The notes: generated from the letters alone by a model not told the origin. Positions 40,901 through 50,165 are shown, numbered from the stretch's first letter. The stretch is DNA of 64,000 nt from an uncultured Bacteroides sp. (GCA_900556625.1 USPQ01000007.1:1814-65813), one strand, 5' to 3'. Numbers and translations are program-made.

Positions 40901-43577
40901 TCACTGTCACAATGTCAAATACATGATCTTTGTCCGTTTCTATGTATTTGCCTTTTGGCTGATTCAAGTTAATGCCCACATACGATGTGAACGGAGAGAA
41001 AGGAACGCTTTGGGTATAGATACTGGCATCTCCTCCCGGTTCGAATACACGGGTGGTGAAAGATGCGTTTAGCATACCCGGCGCATTGGTTGCTGCAGGG
41101 AGTTTTAAAGTGACTCCCGCTCTTCCTTCCGCGCTGAGCATTCCGTCAAACATATTTGTCTTGATGGTAGTGAAATCTGTAGCCGGATTATTGAAAATAT
41201 ACTGTCCGTAGTTTTTAAATTGTGTATTTACTTTAGACAGTGACATCTCTACTTTGGTTTTCAGATGTGAAGCCTTAGCCCCTGTCAGCCAGGCAGAAGT
41301 GAGTGGAGCATAGACTTCTTTGTCTGTTGCTTGAAGAATTCTAGGCAATGCCAACGTTATTTTAAGTCGGTTGGGTTTTATTGTTTCGATGCGTATCCCT
41401 TTATGGAAAGTCGAACCGCCTACTTTTACGTATGCGTTCCACAGACCGGTAGGGGCATCTGCCTGAGTAGGGACAGTAAATGTGTAAAAGCCATTCATCC
41501 CTTGTGTTGAGATCATTTTGGTATAGAATTGGCCTTTCGGATTGTAGATTTCCAGCGCTACCGGATGTTTGTCCGGTATTCTTTTTTCCCGGTCTTCCAG
41601 AATGAAAGATATATGTAAGGTGTCTCCCGGTCTCCATACTCCTCTTTCACCATACATAAATCCTTTTAAGCCTTTTTGAATATCCTTTCCACCCACATCG
41701 AAGCGGCTGACCGATTGCTCTTCACCGTCTGCAACACGTACGTAAGCTTTTTGTCCGTCTGCCTCTGCTACGATAATGAAGGGAACTCCTTTCGGAGCGA
41801 TTTCCGCCAAGCCTTCTCCGTTTGTTTCTCCCTTACCGATGGTTTGTAACTGGAAATTGTAAACAGTTACTTGCGCCTTTCCGACAGGTTTTGTGTCCAA
41901 AATGTTGTTTACTGCAATCCACAGATTGTTCAAGGAGTTCTTCTTTACGAGCATTCCCAGATTAGAGGCAAAGACATTGCAGGTAGCTGTCCGGTCTGCT
42001 CCCATATAATAGGACGGGTGGCACGGATTATCCCGTTCTTTCCACCGATACAAACTCCAGTCCATAGTTTCGCCGTTGTAATAATAATAAGCCTCAGGAG
42101 TGTCCCATACAGCTTCGTCTGCCTCTGACAAAATACTACCGCTAACTTTTGTCAGACCGTCGGAAGTCGTGTCGGAAAACTTCATTTCTTTGTTTTCTTC
42201 ACTTCCACCGCAAGGATAAGCGGAATATTCTTGGCGGAAAGACAGGATAACCCGGTAGATGGCGCCCGGTTCTTGATGAATCAGTCCGGCAAGGTCGATA
42301 GAGTAATCTTCCCATTGATGAATATCTTTTGATGAATCCTTGCTTAGCCACAATGTTTTCTTATAAACCAGGCGTCCCGAACGGCGCAACTCATTGGCAG
42401 AGGCCAGAGAGTTGTTTTGCATAAACATCAAGATGTTACTCTCAAAGATGCGGATAACCTTTAAATCTACTGCATACAGATTGACAGCACGGAATGGAAT
42501 AATCAGGCTTTTCGAATCGGGAAGAATAGCGGCTGAGGTAGCCATCTCTACTTGCGGTTTCAGATTCAATTCGCTGAATGAGATAGAGTGGGAAGTCCCC
42601 AGACTACGGTCTTGACTGCTTTTTATTCCTTCATGGATATTCAAAGTCAGTTTATTTATTTTATTGGTTTCAAAATAGATAAGAACCTGATTATCCTTAA
42701 TTTGGGTGATGCAAGAAGATACTTCCGGTATCTCGATCAGTCCTTTCAGATCTTGCATATTGGATATGGGAGCAGAGAATACGACTTCGATCCCGTTTTC
42801 CGGTTGGTCAATGCGTTTGGCGGTCAGAAAGCGGAAACTATCTTTTGCCGGAATCATGATTTCTTCGATTTGCGTATGGTCAATTCCGGCGGGATTGCCG
42901 TTTGCTGTCAGTTGGATTTGGTAATCTTCCGCTTCCCGCAAGATCCGGGTGATACTGAATTCATAACGAGTCGGATTGTTGGTGGAGGTAATATCGACCG
43001 GATAATTTTTACTTTTGCCATTGCCGACTATCAGCATTTTCTCAACTTCTTCTTTCTTTACAACGTCACTAAAGCGTATTTCTCCTTTTATGTTCACTTC
43101 GTCGGGTTGAGTAGCTGTAATCGTTATAGGTTCTGTATGAATTGTGAAGTTACGTTCCTGCACCCGGAATGAGAAGTTAAATTCCTTTAGCTTTTTATCT
43201 ACCTCGATAAAATCTCCAAGCTGGAAAGTTCCTTCGTAGAATGCTCCCGGTTTTAAAGTACCTTCTTCCGGAACAAATTCGATGGTGTTATTGCTAATCC
43301 AATATGCTTTTCCTTTCAAAGACGGTGAAAAGCTGAACGGATTATCTTTTAACTCATTATTTACGTCAACCATAGGTTGATCGTGTGTCAACTCGATGCG
43401 TATAGTCGAACTTTGGGAGATGACTCCTCCTGTGTAGGCATTTACATAGGGGGCATATTTTGCAGAGGGGATGATGTCTTTCGGACTGTGCATACATGCG
43501 GAAAAGGTCACAATCCACATTATGAAAAAGAATAGTTTGGTAGCGAGGCTGCTACGTCCAGTTTTTATTTGTCCCAT
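37977..43577 (-). CDS. Bacterial alpha-2-macroglobulin lipoprotein (YfhM-like)
   Basis: 1866 aa; FSAC lipobox, ERGVWRPGD, thioester CTEQ, DIRDDR. Confidence 0.92.
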   Translation of the reverse strand: MGQIKTGRSSLATKLFFFIMWIVTFSACMHSPKDIIPSAKYAPYVNAYTGGVISQSSTIRIELTHDQPMVDVNNELKDNPFSFSPSLKGKAYWISNNTIEFVPEEGTLKPGAFYEGTFQLGDFIEVDKKLKEFNFSFRVQERNFTIHTEPITITATQPDEVNIKGEIRFSDVVKKEEVEKMLIVGNGKSKNYPVDITSTNNPTRYEFSITRILREAEDYQIQLTANGNPAGIDHTQIEEIMIPAKDSFRFLTAKRIDQPENGIEVVFSAPISNMQDLKGLIEIPEVSSCITQIKDNQVLIYFETNKINKLTLNIHEGIKSSQDRSLGTSHSISFSELNLKPQVEMATSAAILPDSKSLIIPFRAVNLYAVDLKVIRIFESNILMFMQNNSLASANELRRSGRLVYKKTLWLSKDSSKDIHQWEDYSIDLAGLIHQEPGAIYRVILSFRQEYSAYPCGGSEENKEMKFSDTTSDGLTKVSGSILSEADEAVWDTPEAYYYYNGETMDWSLYRWKERDNPCHPSYYMGADRTATCNVFASNLGMLVKKNSLNNLWIAVNNILDTKPVGKAQVTVYNFQLQTIGKGETNGEGLAEIAPKGVPFIIVAEADGQKAYVRVADGEEQSVSRFDVGGKDIQKGLKGFMYGERGVWRPGDTLHISFILEDREKRIPDKHPVALEIYNPKGQFYTKMISTQGMNGFYTFTVPTQADAPTGLWNAYVKVGGSTFHKGIRIETIKPNRLKITLALPRILQATDKEVYAPLTSAWLTGAKASHLKTKVEMSLSKVNTQFKNYGQYIFNNPATDFTTIKTNMFDGMLSAEGRAGVTLKLPAATNAPGMLNASFTTRVFEPGGDASIYTQSVPFSPFTSYVGINLNQPKGKYIETDKDHVFDIVTVNPEGQAVSRSNLEYKIYRISWSWWWENNEESFSSYINGTSITPVASGSLQTNNGKASFKFRVDYPNWGRYLVYVKDKESGHATGGTVYVDWPEWRGRSSKSDPSGIKMLAFSLNKDSYEIGETAMAIIPAAANGRALVSIENGSTVLKQEWIEVSSKGDTKYTFKVTEEMAPNVYLHISLLQPHAQTVNDLPIRMYGVVPVFVTNSQTILRPQIQMPEVLRPETNFNVTVSEKSGKPMTYTLAIVDDGLLDLTNFKTPDPWNDFYSREALGIRTWDMYDNVLGASAGSYGSLFSTGGDAVLKPADAKANRFKPVVKFIGPFYLGKSKHQTHTLKLPMYVGSVRAMVVAGQDGVYGNAEKTAYVRTPLMLLSTLPRVLSIQEEITVPVNIFAMENQVKNVTVSIQVSGGGVQIAGPSQQSLTFNQPGDQLTFFTLKTGNKTGKATIHLTANGGGQQTKETIEIDVRNPNPVVTLRNSQWVEAGQSGEVSYSLSGFSDNNHIQLEVSRIPSVDITRRFDFLYDYQHQCTEQLTSKALPLLFISQFKTVNEQEAEKIKTNVQEAIRQIYARQLPNGGFVYWPGNAVADEWISSYTGMFLTLAQEKGYAVHSNVLNKWKHFQRAAAQNWRMPQDANSWQLWQSELMQAFRLYTLALAGIPEYGAMNRMKEQQGLSIQAKWRLAAAYALTGKMKPAEELAYKTATSVTPYSSMNFIYGSSDRDEAMILETLILMNRERDALQQAKKVSQNLSLEDYFSTQSTAFALMAMGRLAEKLSGTLDFTWTWNGKQQPAVKSAKAVFDKEIPTSPKSGTVSVKNQGKGALGVDIITRTQLLNDTLPAISDNLRMDIRYATLNGTPISAEEIKQGTDFTAVVSISNISGTSDYTNLALTHIIPSGWEIYNERMATAGTAINYSYQDIRDDRVLTYFNLYRGETKVFTIRLQAAYTGNFILPAVQCEAMYDTTVQARSKAGRTTVSR

Positions 43578-43634
43578 AGCAAAGAGTTTTTATTGGTTCA
43601 GTGGACAAATATACTGTTTTTATAATAGATTCTT

Positions 43635-44033
43635 TTATAGACAGGGGTATTTTTCCTTCAACTTTTTCATGAAGGACTTGCTTACTTGTAGGAGCTCGGC
43701 GTCATTAAAAGGGGGGAGTAATACACAATTATTGTCTTCAATTGATGCCAGATAGCTGATATTAATAATGTAGGATTGACTGATCTGAAGCAAATAAGGG
43801 TGTAAACTCAATATCTTTTGCGAGTTCGTGTTTCTTTTTAATATCAGAGTGTGTTTGTTGGATAACATGACTTCCCACAATTTGCTTTTTGAGTTATAGC
43901 GGAAATAACCGATTTCTTCCAAGTGAATCAGTTGCAAATTTCCGGTAATAGTGGTATATAAAAATATGCTTTCTTGATGTTGCGTAATTTGTGTCTGGTC
44001 GCAATGTTCAATGTTTATGTGTTGATGGTTCAT
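43635..44033 (-). CDS. Stand-alone LytTR DNA-binding protein
   Basis: EEIGYFRY, LLQISQSYIIN, LQVSK; no receiver domain. Confidence 0.75.
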   Translation of the reverse strand: MNHQHINIEHCDQTQITQHQESIFLYTTITGNLQLIHLEEIGYFRYNSKSKLWEVMLSNKHTLILKRNTNSQKILSLHPYLLQISQSYIINISYLASIEDNNCVLLPPFNDAELLQVSKSFMKKLKEKYPCL

Positions 44034-44078
44034 GATATTAATTTATTAATTTCCCGTGTCGTAATTTTTATTTTCTGT

Positions 44079-44145
44079 CAAAAGTAGCAGATTACTCTTA
44101 ATTATAAAAATGAAAAGTGTCTCATTTCTATAATGAGACACTTTT
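44079..44145 (-). promoter_or_regulatory. LytTR gene promoter with a perfect 14-bp inverted repeat upstream
   Basis: TACTTTTG (minus, 44079-44086); aaaagtgtctcatt-tctat-aatgagacactttt (44113-44145). Confidence 0.7.
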
Positions 44146-44181
44146 ATTATTAAGATTTGTACGTTACAAAATAGAAGAATT

Positions 44182-45282
44182 CTATTTACTTTGTTGATAT
44201 TCAATGAACTTACTGGGAGAAATACCATATCTTTCGGAAAAGTTCCGGTAGAAGGTTGCCCGTGAGCTAAATCCGCATGCAAACATCAACTCTTTCACAT
44301 TCTTTTCCGGATTTTGGGCGATTAGTTGTTTGAAATGCTCTAGTCGGATATAATTAATATATTCACGGAAACCTGTAAATCCCTGACTTTTGATTGCATC
44401 CGAAATATTGCGTTCTTTGTCATTTAAGGCTTCTGCCAAATCTTTTATACTGTATTTCTGATCTGTGTAAGGATGTTCTTTCTTTAAATAACTCTCGATT
44501 GTGGTGAAGAGTGTGAGTGGCTGAAATGAGTTTCTCATTTCTTCAGGATTTTCTTCTTCTGTATTATACACCATACTGATATGGTCTGAAAACGGATTCT
44601 CATATCGTAAATATAGCATTGAAAATAAAACAGTAAAAACGATTGCTGTAATACCGAATAAATTGAAGATAAACTCATTAATGCTTAATGTGAATAGGAT
44701 GTATATACCAAGAAATAGGAATAAGAATCCCATGAATAGATACATGTTTCTATTCATCTTACGATGTGTCTTAACACGGCTGGTGACATAAATGAGAATA
44801 AAGAGAGGAGTGATGACAGAAAGCAGGAATATACTGATTCTGAGTTTGACATCCATATTACCGATATTGGGCATTATCTCATTTAGTGAATGGATAGCCG
44901 TTATGTTGCCATTGAAGTACAGATAGCAGATTCCTACCGTTATGGTAATGATAGGAGGCAATAAGAAGGTGAATATTCTGAAATGGTTGAAATATCCCGG
45001 AGATAAGGATGCGATGGGAAATAGTGCTACGATATTGGCCAAAGCGTACCATTTAAGCATTTTATCAATATTGAGCAATTCTGTGAAGTCATATTCCGGG
45101 GTGTCCGTGACAATCGTCAGCCATCCGATGTTTTCCCATGAAAACATGAACCCTATACCGACTGCTATGATTCCCCAATATAATTGAGGATAATTGTCTT
45201 TGGCACGAATGATAAGAATAATCCCCGATATAAGGGCAATCAAATCAAGTGCTAGTTCAACTGATAAATGTAGTATTCCCAT
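44182..45282 (-). CDS. Multi-TM membrane-anchored AraC-family regulator
   Basis: About seven hydrophobic segments then FREYINYIR...GFSSRATFYRNF...GISP. Confidence 0.85.
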   Translation of the reverse strand: MGILHLSVELALDLIALISGIILIIRAKDNYPQLYWGIIAVGIGFMFSWENIGWLTIVTDTPEYDFTELLNIDKMLKWYALANIVALFPIASLSPGYFNHFRIFTFLLPPIITITVGICYLYFNGNITAIHSLNEIMPNIGNMDVKLRISIFLLSVITPLFILIYVTSRVKTHRKMNRNMYLFMGFLFLFLGIYILFTLSINEFIFNLFGITAIVFTVLFSMLYLRYENPFSDHISMVYNTEEENPEEMRNSFQPLTLFTTIESYLKKEHPYTDQKYSIKDLAEALNDKERNISDAIKSQGFTGFREYINYIRLEHFKQLIAQNPEKNVKELMFACGFSSRATFYRNFSERYGISPSKFIEYQQSK

Positions 45283-45540
45283 GTTTATAAGTCTTCACCT
45301 GCATATTTAAGGCTATTAAGTTTAATAACGTGATTATGAGTTTATGCAAATGTAGTTGTTTTGTTTCTATCCAACAAAATTCGGTTGATAAATTGCATTT
45401 ATTTGCGTACTTACAAAATATAATTAGTTAATTCTAAAACTGATCTTCGTAGCGTTTCCAATATATTAGGATGATATGCCAAAATTTGTGACCGTTTGTC
45501 AGAATTGAAATAGAAGTAAGCATTATAGGTATATAAACAA

Positions 45541-45575
45541 TAAATCCCCATAACCTTATTAGTTACAGGGATTTA
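45541..45575 (-). terminator. Hairpin terminator after GGGtGRT gene
   Basis: taaatccc / gggattta arms with inner taac/gtta pairing. Confidence 0.6.
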
Positions 45576-45595
45576 GTATATAGCAATTTATTAAA

Positions 45596-46606
45596 TTACT
45601 TGCTCAAAGCCTGAGCTACGTCAACCGCACAAGCTACAGTACAACCTACCATCGGGTTGTTACCAATTCCCAGGAATCCCATCATTTCTACGTGAGCAGG
45701 AACTGATGAAGAACCAGCGAACTGAGCGTCAGAGTGCATACGGCCCATTGTGTCTGTCATGCCGTATGAAGCTGGTCCGGCAGCCATGTTATCCGGGTGA
45801 AGAGTACGGCCTGTACCACCACCGGAAGCAACTGAGAAATAAGGTTTGCCTGCAAGAACACGTTCTTTCTTGTAAGTACCAGCAACTGGGTGTTGGAAGC
45901 GAGTCGGGTTAGTAGAGTTACCTGTGATAGATACGTCTACACCTTCTTTCCACATGATAGCTACACCTTCGCGAACATCGTCAGCACCATAGCATTTTAC
46001 TTTTGCACGAGGACCGTCAGAGTAAGCGATTTCGCGAACAACTTTCAGTTCACCTGTAAAGTAATCGAATTGAGTTTGAACATAAGTAAAGCCGTTGATA
46101 CGAGAGATGATCTGAGCAGCGTCTTTTCCAAGACCGTTCAGGATGCAACGCAACGGTTCTTTACGTACTTTGTCTGCTTTTGCAGCGATTTTGATAGCAC
46201 CTTCAGCAGCAGCGAAAGATTCGTGACCTGCCAGGAAAGCGAAACATTTAGTTTCTTCGCGCAGCAACATGGCAGCCAGATTACCATGACCGATACCAAC
46301 CTTACGGTCGTCAGCTACAGAACCCGGAATACAGAATGCTTGCAGACCGATACCGATAGCTTCAGCAGCTTCAGCAGCATTTGTGCAGTTCTTCTTAAGA
46401 GCGATAGCAGTACCTACTACATAAGCCCATTTTGCATTTTCAAAACAGATAGGCTGAGTTTCTTCACACGTTTTATAAGGATCAAGTCCGGCAGCTTCGC
46501 AGATAGCGTTAGCTTCTTCGATGTCTTTGATGCCGTTAGCGTTCAAGGCTTCGATGATACCTTTGATACGACGGTCTTGGCTTTCGAATTTTACTTCTCT
46601 AATCAT
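45596..46606 (-). CDS. GGGtGRT-family protein (function unknown)
   Basis: Signature SGGGTGRTLHP; start at ATG 46606 after AAGGAGG; strong codon bias. Confidence 0.9.
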   Translation of the reverse strand: MIREVKFESQDRRIKGIIEALNANGIKDIEEANAICEAAGLDPYKTCEETQPICFENAKWAYVVGTAIALKKNCTNAAEAAEAIGIGLQAFCIPGSVADDRKVGIGHGNLAAMLLREETKCFAFLAGHESFAAAEGAIKIAAKADKVRKEPLRCILNGLGKDAAQIISRINGFTYVQTQFDYFTGELKVVREIAYSDGPRAKVKCYGADDVREGVAIMWKEGVDVSITGNSTNPTRFQHPVAGTYKKERVLAGKPYFSVASGGGTGRTLHPDNMAAGPASYGMTDTMGRMHSDAQFAGSSSVPAHVEMMGFLGIGNNPMVGCTVACAVDVAQALSK

Positions 46607-46625
46607 AGTTTCTTTCCTCCTTATA

Positions 46626-47327
46626 TTATTCGTGACGTGGATCAATAGATTTAACTGCTCCCTGTTCTGCTGTTACGCGTCCATAAGTTCCTGTAACTTT
46701 TTTCAAAGCTTCGTTCGCATCGGTACCTTTCTTGATTTCGTCCATGAACTTACCCATGTGTACGAATTCGTATCCGCAGATTTCGTCGTTCTTGTCCAAG
46801 AAGATTTGTTTGATATAACCTTCTGCCATTTCGAGGTAACGAGGACCTTTAGCCAAAGTACCATAAAGAGTACCTACCTGGCTACGCAGACCTTTACCCA
46901 GGTCTTCCAGACCTGCACCGATGATCAAACCACCTTCAGAGAAAGCTGATTGGGTACGTCCGTAAACGATTTGCAGGAACAGTTCGCGCATAGCTGTGTT
47001 GATAGCATCGCAAACAAGGTCGGTGTTCAATGCTTCAAGGATTGTTTTTCCCGGAAGGATTTCAGCAGCCATAGCAGCGGAGTGAGTCATACCGGAACAT
47101 CCGATAGTCTCAACCAAAGCTTCCTGGATAATACCTTCTTTAACGTTCAGTGTCAGTTTACAAGCACCTTGTTGAGGAGCGCACCAACCGATACCGTGTG
47201 TCAAACCTGAAATATCAACGATTTCTTTAGATTTTACCCATTTGCCTTCTTCGGGTATGGGAGCCGGTCCATGGTTAGGACCCTTCTTTACAACACACAT
47301 GTGTTCCACTTCGTGTGAATAAGTCAT
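46626..47327 (-). CDS. NifU/IscU-like Fe-S scaffold-type protein
   Basis: GWCAPQQGAC, IGCSG, LVCDA cysteines; -7 element TACCTTTG at 47390-47397 supports start 47327. Confidence 0.75.
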   Translation of the reverse strand: MTYSHEVEHMCVVKKGPNHGPAPIPEEGKWVKSKEIVDISGLTHGIGWCAPQQGACKLTLNVKEGIIQEALVETIGCSGMTHSAAMAAEILPGKTILEALNTDLVCDAINTAMRELFLQIVYGRTQSAFSEGGLIIGAGLEDLGKGLRSQVGTLYGTLAKGPRYLEMAEGYIKQIFLDKNDEICGYEFVHMGKFMDEIKKGTDANEALKKVTGTYGRVTAEQGAVKSIDPRHE

Positions 47328-47603
47328 AATTAGCTCTTTTTTAAGTGATATAATTAAAAATACGTAGTCACGATTCTCTAAATCGCCCACAAAGGTAGTC
47401 GATTTATTTGTTTCTGCAAACCGCCTTTTATTACTTTTTTGTGAAAAGAGATAAATCCCTTTATGTTTTTCTCAGTTTGTAAAGTCGGGATTGCATTTGC
47501 CGAACTACTGCTATTATTGACATTGTCTATTGAGGGTAAACTTGTTTTCTTCTTATCGTAAAGTTCTTTTTACCTAATCTCTAAGTTGCTTTAGACTACT
47601 GCT

Positions 47604-47697
47604 AAACTATAAACGAAGGCTTCGTTTTTATAAACGCAATCTTCATTTGTATAATCAAAGCCTTTGTTTTTATAAACGGAACTTTCATTTATAGTTT
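47604..47697. repeat. REP/MITE-like element of four 21-bp palindromic units with terminal inverted repeats
   Basis: Units start at 47608, 47629, 47650, 47671 (first unit tataaacgaaggcttcgtttt); ends aaactataaacgaa / ttcatttatagttt. Confidence 0.8.
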
Positions 47698-47989
47698 GTA
47701 TGCAATCGAAGTAAATTAATTATCAGTTGAAAGCAACTTTGTCTATGCTGGAGTGAGACTTATCTGGTAATAAATAAAGGTGATGAACGTGTCGATTTTC
47801 GGAAGAGAATAGCAGGATATATTTGTTAAATGGTCTAAGTATGATCATTTGTGAGCCGAAATTGAAGTTTTGGTGGAGAAAAGTGCAATTCTTAGAATAA
47901 ACGGATAAAAGATGACTTTTTACTGAATTGATTGATTTTCAATATGATAGTTTGATGTGGTGAACGTTGAAAGTGATAATATAGTTCGT

Positions 47990-48087
47990 TTGTCACTTTA
48001 TTGTCATCCTATTGTCAGTGTCTATTGTCATTTTTATCTTTCTTATTATCAGTTGATTAACTCGTGAAAATGACAAATGACAATAAA
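47990..48087. repeat. TTGTCA direct repeats facing inverted TGACAA copies
   Basis: TTGTCA at 47990, 48001, 48012, 48025; TGACAA at 48071, 48078. Confidence 0.7.
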
Positions 48088-48215
48088 ACTGGCGTTTTAA
48101 AACCTTATGTAGATATTAGCTTATAATTCGTAGGGCTGCAAATTTATTTATGTTTTTCGTACTTGGATATAGGATGAAATTCGTAGCTTTGCACATCATT
48201 TATTTGGAAAGAACT

Positions 48216-48716
48216 ATGATAGAAGTAATGGAGTCCGCTTTGCAAAAAGCTGCGGGTGAGGGAATGGATGAATTCATCCAAGTGTTTACCGATAAATATA
48301 AGGAGGTGATTGGTGGTGAACTGACTGCCGAAACTATGCCTTTGTTAACGGGGGAACAACATTCTTTACTCGCTTATCAGATTTTTCGTGACGAGATAAT
48401 GGTTGGCGGATTTTGTCAGTTGATTCAGAATGGCTATGGCGGATATATTTTTGATAATCCGTTTGCTAAAGTAATGCGTTCATGGGGAGCGGATGAGTTG
48501 TCGAAATTGGTCTATAAAGCAAAAAAAATATATGATGTCAACCGAAAAGACCTGGAGAAGGAACGGACAGATGATGAATTTATGGCTATGTACGAGCAGT
48601 ATGAGGCTTTTGATGAGTTGGAAGAGGCTTATTTGGAGATGGAGGAACAGGTTACGGCATTGGTCGCAAGTTATGTGGATGACCATTTAGACCTTTTTGC
48701 AAAAATAATAAAATGA
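48216..48716 (+). CDS. DMP19/DUF4375-family acidic protein
   Basis: GGFCQLIQNGYG motif, very acidic; TAGCTTTG at 48184-48191 supports start 48216. Confidence 0.75.
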   Translation: MIEVMESALQKAAGEGMDEFIQVFTDKYKEVIGGELTAETMPLLTGEQHSLLAYQIFRDEIMVGGFCQLIQNGYGGYIFDNPFAKVMRSWGADELSKLVYKAKKIYDVNRKDLEKERTDDEFMAMYEQYEAFDELEEAYLEMEEQVTALVASYVDDHLDLFAKIIK

Positions 48717-48798
48717 TGAATGCAGTATTTTTTAAGTATTTGCATTTAGTAAGTGTGAATCAGAATTTATATCTTTGCAAAATCTAAAAAATATGTTT

Positions 48799-49587
48799 AT
48801 GAAACAGATGAAATTTTTATTGGTAGCTTTGATGGCTGTGGTGATGAGTGTGTCGGTGACTTCTTGTATGAATGGAGAAAATAATCCAGTTTATACAGGA
48901 TTGGCTGTAGCTGAATGTGTTAGTACATATCCTGCTACTTTCGCAGTCTCAAACAATCAGAAATTAGTTGTAAAAGATGCGACCTTGCTTGACTTAAAGT
49001 ATGGGAAAACGTATATGTTTTATTATCAATTTAATACAGAGGAACAATCTGTTTCTGCAGCTTCAATAACTGTGACACTCTATCAAGGAAGTGCTCCGGT
49101 AGCAATTGATGCTGATGATGACGAGGGACCGGTGGCAAACTCTGCGGATTACGAGGCTGATGCAGCATTGTATTCTTTGGGTACATCTTTATTTCCATCT
49201 TCTTTTTTACTTTATAATAAAAAATTGCTGGTTCCCTTTGGCTATTGGGTAAAAGTAGAAGAAAATACTGATAAGCAAAAAGAAGAATTTAATAAGCACT
49301 CTTTTGTTTTAACGTATGATGTTACTAACATAGCAAGTGGTGCGAAAACATTTGAATTGACACTTAATCATAAAATTAGTGACGCAGAAGGTGAGAAAGT
49401 TACTCGTGACAGGTGGGCGGAAGGCTATAAAGTGTACGATTTGACTGCAGCTATAACAGCTTTTAGTGAAAAATCGGGAACAGTACCTACTACTATAAAA
49501 ATAAAGACGAAACTTAATACATCTACTGGCGGCTCTTTGGAAGGGGCGATAGATGGTACGAACGAGGTAACTTATACTACTGAATAA
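48799..49587 (+). CDS. Hypothetical lipoprotein (NigD-like)
   Basis: Lipobox VTSC; TATCTTTG at 48770-48777 argues against the TTG 48775 start. Confidence 0.6.
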   Translation: MKQMKFLLVALMAVVMSVSVTSCMNGENNPVYTGLAVAECVSTYPATFAVSNNQKLVVKDATLLDLKYGKTYMFYYQFNTEEQSVSAASITVTLYQGSAPVAIDADDDEGPVANSADYEADAALYSLGTSLFPSSFLLYNKKLLVPFGYWVKVEENTDKQKEEFNKHSFVLTYDVTNIASGAKTFELTLNHKISDAEGEKVTRDRWAEGYKVYDLTAAITAFSEKSGTVPTTIKIKTKLNTSTGGSLEGAIDGTNEVTYTTE

Positions 49588-49589
49588 CA

Positions 49590-50165
49590 TTGAACTACAA
49601 AGAACTATTTAACATAGCAATGAAATTGATTTCCTCTCCGGCTAAGGCTTGGGAGGAAATTTCTATGGAAGAGGATAGGCGAAAAGTATATATGGCTTTT
49701 GTTTATCCTATGATTGGTTTATGCGGTCTGTCCGTATTCATTGGTTCGTTACTGACCAATGGATGGGGAGGTCCGCAAAGTTTCCAGATAGCTATGACCA
49801 ATTGTTGTGCCGTAGCGGTAGCCCTGTTCGGAGGCTATTTTCTGGCAGCATACGCCATAAATGAGATGGGGACGCGAATGTTTGGTATGCATAGTGATAT
49901 ACCATTGGCGCAACAGTTTGCAGGATATGCGCTTGTTGTACCATTCCTGCTCCAGATTGTAACCGGACTATTACCTGATTTTAGAATTATTGCTTGGCTG
50001 CTGCAATTCTACATCGTATATGTGGTATGGGAAGGAGTTCCCGCATTGATGGGCGTAGAAGAAAAATTGCGATTGAGATACACCCTTTTCTCATCTGCGT
50101 TGTTAATACTATGTCCGACGGTGATTCAGATTGTTTTCAATAAACTGACAGCCATACTTAATTAA
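49590..50165 (+). CDS. Yip1-family membrane protein
   Basis: [11 protein letters not shown] then about five TM segments; TTG start. Confidence 0.75.
   Translation: MNYKELFNIAMKLISSPAKAWEEISMEEDRRKVYMAFVYPMIGLCGLSVFIGSLLTNGWGGPQSFQIAMTNCCAVAVALFGGYFLAAYAINEMGTRMFGMHSDIPLAQQFAGYALVVPFLLQIVTGLLPDFRIIAWLLQFYIVYVVWEGVPALMGVEEKLRLRYTLFSSALLILCPTVIQIVFNKLTAILN

Noticed and set aside
45890..47210. Long plus-strand ORFs antisense to GGGtGRT and NifU-like genes
   Set aside because: Shadow ORFs expected from strong codon bias; no motifs or expression signals
47604..47697. Possible CRISPR array
   Set aside because: Contiguous degenerate 21-bp units without spacers; no cas genes
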